64,000 nucleotides of DNA. It comes from Balanoglossus misakiensis. Taxonomy: Eukaryota; Animalia; Hemichordata. The stretch lies in the NCBI GenBank assembly GCA_040954595.2, contig CM082580.2, forward strand, positions 4,640,783-4,704,782, in the 5' to 3' direction. The translations under genes were made by a program, and so were the position numbers. Positions 13,343 to 34,599 of this stretch are shown in pieces. The stretch's first letter is position 1. Each line of letters opens with the position of its first letter. A model generated the notes under the pieces. That model was not told the origin of the DNA. It saw nothing but the letters and a program-made list of their open reading frames with translations, and did not search any database.

Positions 13343-14391
13343 AATCCTTTGCAACTAAAGGGAAGGGGTCGTCGCGCCGCGTGGGTGTCCCCCTCGACGA
13401 GAATATGTCTTCCCATACCAGCACAAACCTCACTGCAGTCGCCACGACCTACTAGGATCTTCAGTTGCTGTCATGCCCAGTCTAAGCTACGGTTGGCTGC
13501 TTCGTTCATTCTAAGAATTATCTAATTTCAAAGATTTGTTGATGAATTGTAATGTTGCAAACGCGGCGCAATGACCCCTTCACTTTACTAGTAATAGAGT
13601 TGAAGTCAATTACCGCACGTAATTTTCTATACATGCCAGCCAGGGAAAGCAAACTTGTCTTTGACTTTCTGAGATTTTGACCTGTCCTTTTCTGACGACT
13701 GTTTGATTTTTTTTCGACGTCTGTAATATCAGTCGGGAAATAGTTGATATTTTTAATAATGTAATGTATGATTTTACCCTCCATTGTTGGTCACTGTTTT
13801 GCGTGCAGAACCATCATGGTCGTATTTCATTGTTGTTTATTATTTAGTTCCTTTGTATATATAAGGTTTGTATATATAAGGTTATCTAATTAAAACTTAG
13901 ATATGAATGAATGTTCATATGACAACTACTTCTACTGAAAGTGTTGAAAGTCCGTGTGTGGCTTATGTAGCGGGAACATTCGAACACAGACACTAGATTA
14001 ACTATCTGTTAAAAATAGACGACAAGCGCCATTCGTACGAATAGTACAGACGACCTACATCAGTAGTGACCCTTTGACCCTCGGTGGGTGATCGGTGAGG
14101 GTCGTCTAGGTACGTCTGAAACGTTAGGAAACAATAGTCGTGTCAATGTTTTCCACATATCTTGTAGGTTACAATTCTTACAACTTAACCAGAAAAAAGT
14201 CAAATATTCAAATTGTCGTGTAGAAAGGGTTAGCCGATAGACTTACAGAGAAGTACAATTACTTTCAAGGGCCCGCATAAACGTTTCAAACAGACTGGCG
14301 AATCTATATTAGTGGGTCAATCATGCAGAATTGTGGGTAAATTTGCATACTGCACTGTGTTCTCGCACAGCATACCGACTACACTAACAAG

Positions 14392-16288
14392 ATGGCCGAG
14401 AACAGACCCTCAGAAAGGTACGTATTTTCTTGGGGTAAAATCGTATGACATAATAAGAGAGACAAGACCGGGCACCAGATTAGTGAACTCGCACATGTGG
14501 GCTCATACATCGCACGAGAAACGGTATAGTCAGCTGTAGGATGTAACTAGACAAAGCCCATATCACAGTGGTACTGTTAATAGTATATCAGAAATGTGAA
14601 TTGTGTATTTTTGGAAACTCACCGCCTACATTGGCGGCGAACAAATCGTTTATGCATGCTCTTGTTTCGAGTGAGATAACATTTATGTTAGACATTATTT
14701 CCATGCAAACATATCCGATATTGATCCAATTATTTAGACCTCGCCAAGTAAAGTTAAAATTATATCGAAGTGGAAACCGTATGAATTATGTTCTGTTTAC
14801 AATACAAACAATATAAACTAGGTTAAACCAGATTAGGCCCATTGCTCTGTTTTCTGATCTGACTGGCGCAATTCTTTAAATAGACCACGTCATGACCTCA
14901 TGTGACCTTGGTGTCCCCGCATTGTGATGGTATGAATTTACTGATTTTGAGTTTAAATACTGTCATACAGACAAAAGGCCGGGATATAAGGTCACGCAGG
15001 GGTCATGAAAATGGCCTTTTACCCTCGTCAGTGGTTTCAATCGTAGAATGTTCAAACCACAGGCGTATGTGAGCTCCGATTTCAGGCCAGCTCTGTGCTA
15101 TGCGCGTATTGTACCCCCAACGTCTGCATACCAAATCCAGCAATCGCACACGGTCGTGCCATCGTTTTCGGCGTTCAAATTCATAGTAAAATCCCCGAAA
15201 CTGTGACATTGGATGTGATGTATACTTGATTAATGTTACACATGACGGCCAAATCTATTTCAGTCGTGATGTCAAAGTTCGAGTTGCTACGAAAGAAGAC
15301 ATGAAAGCCTTGAGTGATCTCACGGTTACCACGGGTTGGAATTATCCGGTCGAATATCTAGAGACATTTCGACAGGCCAGCCCAGATGGCTTCTTCCTTT
15401 GTGAAAAAGATGGCGAAGTTATTGGTGGGTTGAATTTGGTACAATATATCTCTGGTTTTACGACTTTTTAAGCACAGAGGCTTTATAAAAGGTCACCAAC
15501 AAAAGTATTCTGCGTCCACAGAAGGTCAACTAAACCGTCTCTTCTTCTTGCGGTTCCAACCCACAGCTATGTTTTACGTCATCAACCAGTCAGCTGATCT
15601 GGCGTGCCTTGCACTTGCCATCACGAAAGAGGAGTATCGGAAACAGGGTATGCTCACGAGGATGGCCGAGGAGTTGCCAAATTTTATCGGTTATGAAAGG
15701 AACGTGGCGACAAATTCGGAGGGCCGACATCGTACCGAAGTCATGATTGGTCTGGGCTTCACGCACGTGGATTTTGACGCAAGGAGCTGTCAGGGGCGTG
15801 TGAACCATTCAGCGTTACCAGCCCTTGAAACCGTCGCACCAGAAGGCACCACCATTTTGCCTCTGGGGCAAATACCGTTTGATAGCCTAGTGAAGTATGA
15901 TGCACAGATATATCCTTTTGAGAGGGAAGATTTTCTGAAGATTTGGTGGCACGGAAAAGATGTTCATAATTTTGTTGCCATGAATGCGAATGATGAGATC
16001 GTAGGGTGTATAAGTGCTCGGCCACTGATAAATCGTTTTGCCGTCTTACCGCTATTTGCCGACAACGTTGCCGTTGCAGAATCTCTGTTGATAACCCTTT
16101 GTCGTCATCTTCCAAACAACATCTGTATAAGTATGATAGTCCCATTGCCCAACAAAGAAGCAATTGGGTTGGCTAAGAAGTATAACATCACAGAGGAAAT
16201 ATTCACAATGACTCGCCAGTACTATAGAAAGATTATCACATTTCCATTGGATAAAATGTTTTCTTTAAATTACGCAGAAATCGTTTAG
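14392..16288 (+). CDS. GNAT acyltransferase copy 2, ~302 aa
   Basis: Exons 14392-14417, 15264-15424 and 15567-16288; 909 nt in frame; same exon phases as copy 1. Confidence 0.88.
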
Positions 16289-17780
16289 GTTCCATCTGCA
16301 ATGAAAACTATTAGGTCGAAAAATAATGACAGTTGTTTATCAGTTTAACAAGAAAGGCATTTCGAGTGACCCAAAGATATACTATAATTGGCTGTGTAGC
16401 TAAAATACAAAGAGATTTTATTCATGTCTTTGTATGTAAAATTGTTTCGTTAAAATTGCAATGTAGACTATTTGCAATGTAGATTATTTTACATATTTCA
16501 CATATTTTTGTTTATTTAACAAAATGTACCAAATGTCTGAAGTTGGTATTGGTTGAGGTATAAATCAATTTTTATTATATTCATATATAAGTACAAATGG
16601 AGAGACATTTTTTTTTAACGCGTGGGAGGGTATAAAAACTGAAAGACTGTGCTAATTTTACAATTCCATTCATAAACATATAGGTAGTTTAATTTCAACG
16701 TTTAAGAAATAATTAGATAATCCATACATTCTTGGGAAGAACCATATTCGGCGCTGTGCGAGTTTGCCTGATTTTGTCAGCCTACTGGATAGTGGTTTGG
16801 GTCAACGATCGCGAGAACTATATTGTGTTTACCTTAGCTGGTCGGAAGTGGTCGAGATTTCTGCAAAGACTCTTGCTTTTGGGTGTGTTTTGACCGCCGA
16901 AAGAGAAAACGGGACTGTTTGTAAACATGGTAAAAGGTCTTTTGGCTTTTGTCACTATATTAAAATGTATAAATATTCAGAACGGAAGTCGTACTTTTAG
17001 TACATTTCAATCTATTGTATATGCAGAGTGTTCTTGAACTTTGACCCATTCAAATTGCTTGCGGTACTGAATGTTGTCTGTGAAATGCTTCATCTATCGA
17101 TTCTTTGTAAAAGGTACTTGATGTATATCCTTTAAAAATCACAAAACAACGTTCAACTCATGTGGACCAGGGATTGGGATCTGCGACTCACAGTATCTGG
17201 TTATTATATGTGGTTGAATAAAGATTCATTAATTCATTCATTCATTCATTCATTCATTCATCACATTCAATCATAGCCTAATATAATAATACGATTTTGA
17301 TTTTGTATAAGGTTACACTCTCGAAAATATCGCGGAGTGGTATTGCAAAAAAAACGGGTCTGGCCTGCATCAAGGAATGCAGAACTCACTCACAATCACC
17401 GTCGCAGCATGACGAATAATTAAACATGTAGCGTCAAGCTACTGAATCACATTATCACACACTATTATCAGCATTTCCAACCCTCAGCAGAGGTCAGAGG
17501 TCAAAGTGCAGTAAAGAAACGAAATATTGCAGTGCAGAGCATAATTATTTATTTCGCTAAAGGGCAATATCAGCCAACGATACATATAAGAACAGGTACT
17601 AGGAGCAAAAAAACAACACTTTGATATTATCATTCAATGCAGTTTAATTATCAGGAAGTGTTGAAGCGGACGTGCGTCTCAGCTGCAGGAAGTATATTTA
17701 AATTTATGGTCGGTCAGCAGTTCACACAATAAGTTACATAGTCGTCTGAACTCTATGTTCCTTCTGTCCCGACACCATCA

Positions 17781-26450
<8,670 letters not shown>

Positions 26451-27589
26451 TGTTGTCTGAAATAGAAATACGACAGGCGCAAACGCACGCAGATTTGAAA
26501 TGCAAGATTGAGGCTTTGGTTCGCTTTGACCAAAGCGTCTCGTTCGTCAAGGGAAAGAGTGCGTACGACGGGTGCCCTGTCGCAGGAACCTGGAGTCACA
26601 CGAATGTGTATATGATGTGACTTCCTGAAAACGCAAGCTTCAAGGAACATACCTTTTTGTCGCTGTGCAGTTCACACGCAGATGATGTCAGTTGAGGTAC
26701 TGGAGATCGCCGTGCAAACCCATAGAGAATCTCCGCTTACAATATTGGTTTATATAATTGCTACTTTGCTCAATTTGCATGATTTACCAAAATATTCATT
26801 CCTATTCTTATTCCTTCTATGTACATAATTATTTCAATTCACATACTGAGATGGTAACTACCAACCCACATTATTACTTTCAAAGATAAAATAGGCTGAC
26901 CATAAAAATTCCCTCTACCTCCGGTTGTTAAACAAGTCACATGATTCGTCTGGATAAATCCGGAAAATTGGCAACAAAATTAGGGAGCTTTCAATTAAAA
27001 CGAAAGAGGGTCGGAGGACCCGGGAGGGGGTTGGTCACATTTTATAAATATGTCTAGGGTATAGGGGGGTCAGATTTTAGAATTAAACATTAGACGAGAA
27101 TATAAAATTCAATACTGCAATGGCAAACGATTGGAATCTTATTCCAGTATAATCCATTTATTGTACATGAAACAATGTCAAGGAAACGTTCATTTCCAGT
27201 TGACAATTGATGGCAATGTATACAAAGTCTTAATACACGAAAGGGTCATATAAGACATCAGAATTAAAATACAAAGGCACACGGTATGCCAATAAATGAA
27301 ACGCCTGATCAATTGTAATCGATGCTGCTAATCGTCTTTAGTCATCATAAGTGTAACATATCCTAATTATGACAAGCAAAATGGAGCACTTTACAATATG
27401 GCGCCATGTTGCTTCATTTGTAGTGGGATGTATAAGAATCAAAGATGTACATTATACAAGTACAGTACTGGAGTGTATTATTTAGTAAACTGTATTCGTA
27501 CACTTGATCAGGTAAAGCGAACCAGTCCTTAACAATGTTGATTCGGATAGATTTTTAAGTTACCATGTGGTGTACCTCCATCAACATAT

Positions 27590-29675
27590 GCCAGAAACCT
27601 TTCGGGAGGGTCGCATATTAGCCACATGTCTACAGGTGACAGTAACCGACCAACCCTAAATACTCCCGTCCCACCCCCAACCATGATAACGGAAACCTCC
27701 CTTACCGAGATGAAATTCCGATATAGGAAATTTGTGGAGTTTGCTTAATTTTTCAAACTACATAAGATATATTCATTTTACTATTTTTTTTCTTTGTGTT
27801 TATATCACAGGGTGATTTCGAAAGAAAGATGATGATTCTTCCGGATAATACTTTGTTGCGAAATATTTCGTTTCAAGTGTTGCATTGGCCTGCGTAAACT
27901 GGAAATAGAAATAGAGTTTTATTTAATATGGTCGTGACATGCGCACTGGCATGCCACTGACGAAGACGTCATAGCCACGCCCTTTTGTGGAAGCAAGAAA
28001 TTTATCAACTGCAAATATTCTAGAAAAAGTCTGAAAAATTTGAAGCTAGATGCAGTGTTTTCAGTAATTGCCCAACCCATGATTATTAATCTATATAAAC
28101 ACAACTTATTTCAAAGCGTTTCTTCCAAAACTTCAAACTCCAAACATTTACATACATCATGACCGGTAACATTTTACTGTCAGATATCACGAAAGCTCGA
28201 GAAATACCAACGTGTTAATTTTTGCATAATTGAAAACATGGGTGAAAATGTTAAAGTGTTGACTACATTTTGACAGGAAAGTGTCGCGTTTAATCGGTTT
28301 ATCAATAGATCTGCATGGGTTCTTCCTTAGGAGGATAATATTATCAATTTGACGACTATAATTATCAGAAAATATGAGTATTTTTCATTATGGCCAACTT
28401 AGCAGTTCCCCCCCCCCTCCAGGTGCTTAACGATACGGGACAAGAATAGTCTTGCAAATGATGTCAGACAGTCAAATGGTGTCAGACTGAAAATAGAAGA
28501 TACTTATGCAGTCTAGTCATTTAATTGAGCAACACATTTACGAGAAACCTTTCGGGAGAGTCACACTTTAGCCACGTGCCTATTGGATTTATGCAAATTA
28601 GACACATTTCCACAAGGTGGATTCGGGTGCATTTTAATAGGTTATTCTAGACACCTCTCCAAAATTCATTGTGAAGAAAAAAATTCTGTTGCAGTTTGTT
28701 GTGGGTTAGGTGCCCAAATTTCGTAGATTGATACCAGGTTCACACACAGAAAAATTTGAGACACTACTAGAATTTGCCTATGGTAAACACAGAGCATTAA
28801 TCCTTTGAGTCGCGTTGTGTCCACACACAAAAAGTTTATGTATAGGCTCGGTCCCATAGACAATGGGTTGCTGAGAGGTGTTAATCCTTACACCGGCTCA
28901 GGTCTGGCCGGAAAAGCCGTCTCACATCTAAGCCGTTTCAGAACCACTACACACCGTCCACACGTGTTTTTTAAAGACGGTATCTGATCTGAGACGCTTC
29001 AGTATTGAGTATTTTTCATTATGAACAACTTAGCAATTTCTCCCCCCCCCCCCCCCCCGAGATGCTTTGCGATACAGGACAAGAATAGTCTTGCAAATGG
29101 TGTCAGACAGTCAAATGGTGTTAGACCGAAAATAGAAGTTAATCGCTCTTTCCTGTCTAATTGCGTCAGTCTAGTCATTTAAATGAGCAACACGTGTACC
29201 AGAAACCTTTGGGGGGGGGTCCCAATTTAGCCACATGCCTATAGGTGACGGTAACCGACTAACCCTAAAAACTCCCACCCTCTCCAATGATAACTGAACG
29301 CTTTCTACCCGAGATAAAATTCCAATACAGGAAAGTTAAATATGCCAAAGTACGTTTTAATAATAAGACGTTTTCATTTTACTTTTTTCTATGAGTATAT
29401 ATCACAGGATGTTTTAGAAAGGATGATGATTCTTCTGGATATTACTTTGTTGTGAAATATTTCCTTTCATTTGTTGCATTGGCCTGCGCTTCGTAAAATG
29501 GAAATAGAAATAGAGTTTTGTTTAATTAGGTCGTGACATGCGCAGTGGCGTGCCGCTGACGAAGACGTCATAGCCACGCCCTGGTGTGGAAACAAGAAAT
29601 TTATTAATTGCAAACATTCTAGAAAAAGTCTGGAAAATTGGAAGTTAGGTGCAGTGTTTTCAGTAATTTCCCACC
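27590..29675. repeat. Local non-coding duplication
   Basis: 27590-28078 matches 29199-29675, and 28375-28585 matches 29005-29243, both in direct orientation. Confidence 0.8.
28823..29002 (+). repeat. Dispersed repeat, second copy at ~58399-58533
   Basis: Shared taatccttacac.ggctcagg...gccgtttcagaaccacta.acaccgtccaca...gacggtatctgatctgagacgcttcag. Confidence 0.75.
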
Positions 29676-29822
29676 CACCCCTTATATTCCTAATAGATAA
29701 TTAACAGTTTCGACGCCATAGTCAAGTGACAGCAATATGTAAAATTTACAACCTGGATGAAAAGTTCAAGTTCATTGGCCACAATGTTGAGGATGCCCAA
29801 GCATGGCAGGCAAGGCTGCATG

Positions 29823-29916
29823 TAGTCTCGGTTACCCAGTCGCCTTTGCTTCTTCCGATGCTCTCCTTTTCTGGAGAGCATCGGAAGAAGCAAAGGCGTC
29901 TGGGTAACCGAGACTA
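29823..29916. mobile_element. 94-bp palindromic MITE with 9-bp TSD (AcademH-like)
   Basis: GGCTGCATG-TAGTCTCGGTTACCCAG ... CTGGGTAACCGAGACTA-GGCTGCATG. Confidence 0.8.
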
Positions 29917-31634
29917 GGCTGCATGATGTTGTCTCAGTATCAGCTCTGCATTATACGCGTATTTTACCCCTTAATTAAGAGAGTCTGGAAACCAAATTCA
30001 GCTATCGTACCCATGCACTCATGTTAGGCGCTCAAATTCATAGCAAAATTACCATTTTTTTCATCAGAAGCCACCGATCGCTCCCTTCGCCGTCAATGTT
30101 CATACCTGCTACTTCACTTCATGCTTCTTTCGTGTATTTTTCGTCTAATAAAAAGGTGTAAACGGCCAATGCAATTTCAGGACACCCGGCAATGAAAAAT
30201 GCAGATCTGTTTACAGACGGTATATCTGCCTCTTATTTATCCTATATTGGCGTAAATTCATGACAGTGATTCTCCCGGCTTTCTTCATTTTCTCATTTTT
30301 TTTCATTTTGCACCAGGAATAGTGAAGAAGGTTCTATTTTTCGTAATTCTGTAGTAGCTTGAGTTCAACGTGTCCCGGGTCCTGCTGCGCTGTGTGAGAC
30401 AGGATGATGAAATTGTACCACAAATAAAGCATTGTGTAAGAATAGATGTGTGACACATGATGGAATTTTTAGATGAACAGCGCATATTGTTTTGGATTAA
30501 AATTGGATACATGAGGCAGGACAAAACCCGCCAAAATGTGGCTTACCCTCTACACAACTGTTACACTCAAAGATTCAGTCGCTTGCGGGCGCTCCGACGC
30601 ATTGCCTATAACCCTCTACACGAATGAAGGCATGCGCGCATTGTACTTGGTCGTATTACTGTGATACTTTGCATTGCAAACAAGATGATGGCTTCCTAGA
30701 AATGGCGCACTTCGCCCGAAACATGCACAAACTTGAAAGCTACTTGGTTGGCTTGGTTTGTTGGTTGGTTATTTGGTAATTGGTTGGTTAGTCGGTCGGT
30801 AGGTCGGTCATAAACTCTGGTTACAAACACTGTATACACTCAATGCCATATAAAGCAGTGTGCTGTCCCAACAACAAACAAGAGCGCGGCGACCACTGTC
30901 TGAGTCAGAGATCGGGAAAAGACAAATTGGGTGAAAAGAAGGGACAAAACTAAAGTCTACTTATACTGTTCGCAGGAAAATGGAAGAAAGCGAAGGCATT
31001 CAACTACATGTATTGGAATGCGTCGAACGTAAAATGTGCAGAACATTTTGATTGGACCATAGACAGTATTGGACGTAATGTTTGTACACACGAGGTTACG
31101 CACATGCGCATAAGACGATAGTCGGTCCGTTAGTTTCTATGGCCCTGGAGAGGCCGACTGTAAGTTTGGCGATCAATGGAAACCACGGTCAATTAGCAGC
31201 GTTCCACATTCAGTCCAAACCCTTTGATTGGGGCATCATGTCATGGCAATAAGCCCCGCTAAAACGGAAACCACACGAAATTCAATCACTCTATTGCTAT
31301 AAGCGTAAAATAATTAGACTCAATCAAGGATCGAACTTGGTCCGGGATGCGTGCTCGTTCAGGAAGAGTTTTTTATATATAAGAATATGAGTTTGGCTAG
31401 CTAATATTCAGTAAAGTCGTGATGGGTTTTATCATGAATCTACTAGATCTCTATCTTCGTTTTGGGTGATGAACGACGAAGCAAAGTACATGTAGGTCAG
31501 CTTGACATATGATCAGGGGTGGATTGCAGGTCAGACACCACAATGAAACTGTGGATGAAAAGAAGTCTGACCTGTATTATCAGTCGAGAAGTTGCTTGAA
31601 ACGGTCAAACACGACGTTAACGGTTCGCTCTGCA

Positions 31635-33589
31635 ATGATGAGCAGTTTCCATAAATTGAGTCATATAATGCAATCGTCTATGTTGTATGCGACTCAGCAA
31701 ATGCGTGTATATTCAATTGAAACAGCATCGTGGTCATCAAGAATGTTGGGCAGCACGTCGAAAATGGGGCTTTGTTCGGCATTCAGGTCACAAAACATAT
31801 TTGCATATGTCCCGCCAACTAGGAAGGCCATAAAGACTCATAGGTAAGGATGGCTAATTTGTGTGCCTGCGATTGACATGACAACTAGTAATAGTTGGTG
31901 TCCGCACGTTTGATTGACTGCAGTGAAACAAAGCGCTGGTACAGTGTCAAATAGAACATGAATATAAACTTTTACAGGGACAGTCAAAATGACATGTCTG
32001 TTAAGTGATGGTACACATGACAGTCCAATCTCTGCTTTCAGTTGTGATGTCAAAGTTCGAGTTGTTACGAAAGAAGACCTGAAAGCTGTTAGCGATCTCA
32101 TGGTTTCTGTTGACTGGAATTATCCGGTCGAATATCTCGAAGCGTTTCGACAGGCCAGCCCCGATGGCTTCTTTCTTTGTGAAAAAGAAGGCGAAGTTAT
32201 TGGTGAGTTGATTTGATAGAATAACTTTTTTTCAGTACAATTATAATGTTAACACAACAAAGGGACAAAGACGTTTGACATTATTTCGACGTTTAATTTT
32301 ATTTTTTCCATCTGTGTGTTTGTGTTAGTCTGCATATTGAAATATGCTATTTTTTGATCAGCTGTTACAACTTAACCCGCATCATGTAGACGGGTATACA
32401 GTGAGAATACGCCTGTGCAATATACTTTTTGGCATGTAACAAAAATAAACTGCAATTATTAATCCATGTAGTCTAGAATCTATCCGTTCGAACGGATAGA
32501 TTCTAGACTATAATCCATGGTAAGTTCTTCCCCTCGTCACAGTAATTCCACAAGCTCCATCAATGCAATGCTGGTATGAGTCTATGACCTCCTCTACCCC
32601 CCCCCCCCCACCCACCCACCCACCGGGGCGTGCCGTGCAGTAATATAATTTTTGGTATTACCATTATTCGTCAATGGTGTTACTATTGAATATTCCCCTG
32701 TGATGCTATTCTATATGTTTTCTCCTTCTTGAGCTTCTTGGACATAGTAGTATTCGCCCACGCTTTGGGTAGCTTTGAATCGGCCATTTTAACGGCCGTC
32801 TTCAAATGACCCTTTCTATGTTTGGATCACGCATCTATAAGCTTATTTACATTTGTTTAACCTACAGCTATAATGTATGCTATCAACCAGTCAGCTGATC
32901 TGGCTTCTCTTGCATTTGGCATCACCAAAAAGGAATATCGCAAACAAGGCATATACAAGATGATGTACCAGAAAGGGAAAATGCATCTTGGCAGCGAGAG
33001 GAACATTGGGGTGAATATGGAGGGTCGACATCGTACAGAGGTCATGCTTGGTCTGGGCTTCACGCACGTGGATTTTCACGCAATTGGCTTTCAGGGGCGT
33101 GTGAATCACTCAAGCTTACCAGCACTTGAAACCGTCGCACCAGCAGGAACCACCATTTTGCCTCTGGGGCAAATACCGATCGATATCCTAGTGAAGTATG
33201 ATGCACAGATATATCCTTTTGAGAGGGAAGATTTTCTGAAGATTTGGTGGCACGGAAAAGATGTTCATAGTTTTGTTGCCAGGACTGCAAATGATAAGAT
33301 TGTAGGGTATATAAGTGCTCGGCCACTGATCAATAGTTTTTCCGTCTTACCGTTATTTGCCGACGATGTTGGCATTGCAGAATCTCTGTTGATAACCCTT
33401 TTTCGCCATCTTCCAAACAACATCTGCATAAGTATGATAGTCCCATTGACAAACAAAGGAGCAGTAAGGTTGGCTAAGAAGTATGATATCCAAGATGAAA
33501 TATTCACACTGACACGTCAGTACAATAAAAAGGTTATCGCATTTCCATTTCATAAAATGTTTTCTTTAAATTACGCACACATTATTTAA
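31635..33589 (+). CDS. GNAT acyltransferase copy 3 with putative mitochondrial presequence, ~363 aa
   Basis: Exons 31635-31843 (AG|GTAAGG, phase 2), 32042-32202 and 32868-33589; 1092 nt in frame. An upstream in-frame ATG at 31509 is an alternative start. Confidence 0.85.
32469..32510. mobile_element. 42-bp perfect palindrome with 9-bp TSD (minimal AcademH-like element)
   Basis: TAATCCATG-TAGTCTAGAATCTATCCGTTC|GAACGGATAGATTCTAGACTA-TAATCCATG. Confidence 0.8.
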
Positions 33590-33894
33590 CTTCTTGTTTT
33601 CTATTAAAATAACTGTGTTGTGTGTTACATTTTGTTTATCCCCACTAATAGTCACCTGTAGCTTCCAAGTTCTTCAGTTCCATGTGAGAAAGATTATAGT
33701 GTGGGTGTTTCCATCTGGTAGTTGTTTGGCCAGTATACACATGATTTACAGTAGAACACGAGCTCCAGAGGGACAGCCACTCATTTATGTCTCAGTCTGT
33801 TAAACAGTCGCCTTTGTCTGTTTTACCTTCTTTTCCTTTGACGGGGTCAGTCTCTGTCTTTGCTTGGCTTTTGTAAACGCAACCCACTGTTCTT

Positions 33895-34348
33895 TGATGT
33901 CCTGCTCACATTTGTGGAGTGTATGTAGGCATATACAATGCATGAATGAAATTCGTGTAGCCTATAACAATAGTTTCAGGACTCTATTAAATATTAAACA
34001 GAGTATAAGTACTAGTTATACTTTTGTATCAAATCGCATTGTGACCTTTGGAGGTAGACAGTGCAAAATACACGCAGGCTTACATCAGACTACTAAAAGT
34101 CCTAATTTGCCAATATTCACCGCCATGTCAGATTTTGTCAGGATATGTAGTATAGATGGTGGGAGAGAGTCTTCGCCGCTGATTTTAAACTTGTTGAAAT
34201 TGTTTAAATATATCTACTCATTGAGCTGAGCTTTCTGTGTTTTCATTTATAACCTAAATTTGTATTTTAAATATATAGTATGTCTGTTTTACCTGTTCCT
34301 CTTATCTATGAGCCTGTTAATAAATAAAGAATTATAATATTATTATTG
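33895..34348 (+). mobile_element. 3' fragment of a CR1/L2-group LINE
   Basis: CSHLW...IRVAYNNSFRTLL...STSYTFV...IVTF resembles the ORF2 C-terminus; followed by AATAAATAAA and a (TAT)n-like tail. Confidence 0.6.
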
Positions 34349-34599
34349 TATTAGTTTGGCTAGCTAGTATTCAGTAAAGTCGTGATGGGTGTTATCATGA
34401 ATCTACTAGATCTCTATCTTCGTTTTGAGTGATGAACCACGAAGCAAAGTATATGTAGAGGTCAGCTTGTCATGTGATCAGGGGTGGATTGCAGGTCAGA
34501 CACCACGATGAAAGTGAGGGTGAAAAGAAGTCTGACCTGTATTATCAGTCGAGAAGTTGCTTGAAACGGTCAAACACGACGTTAACGGTTCGCTCTGCA

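Noticed and set aside
13380-13800. Possible decayed retroelement fragment between GNAT copies 1 and 2
   Set aside because: No diagnostic motif could be recognised.
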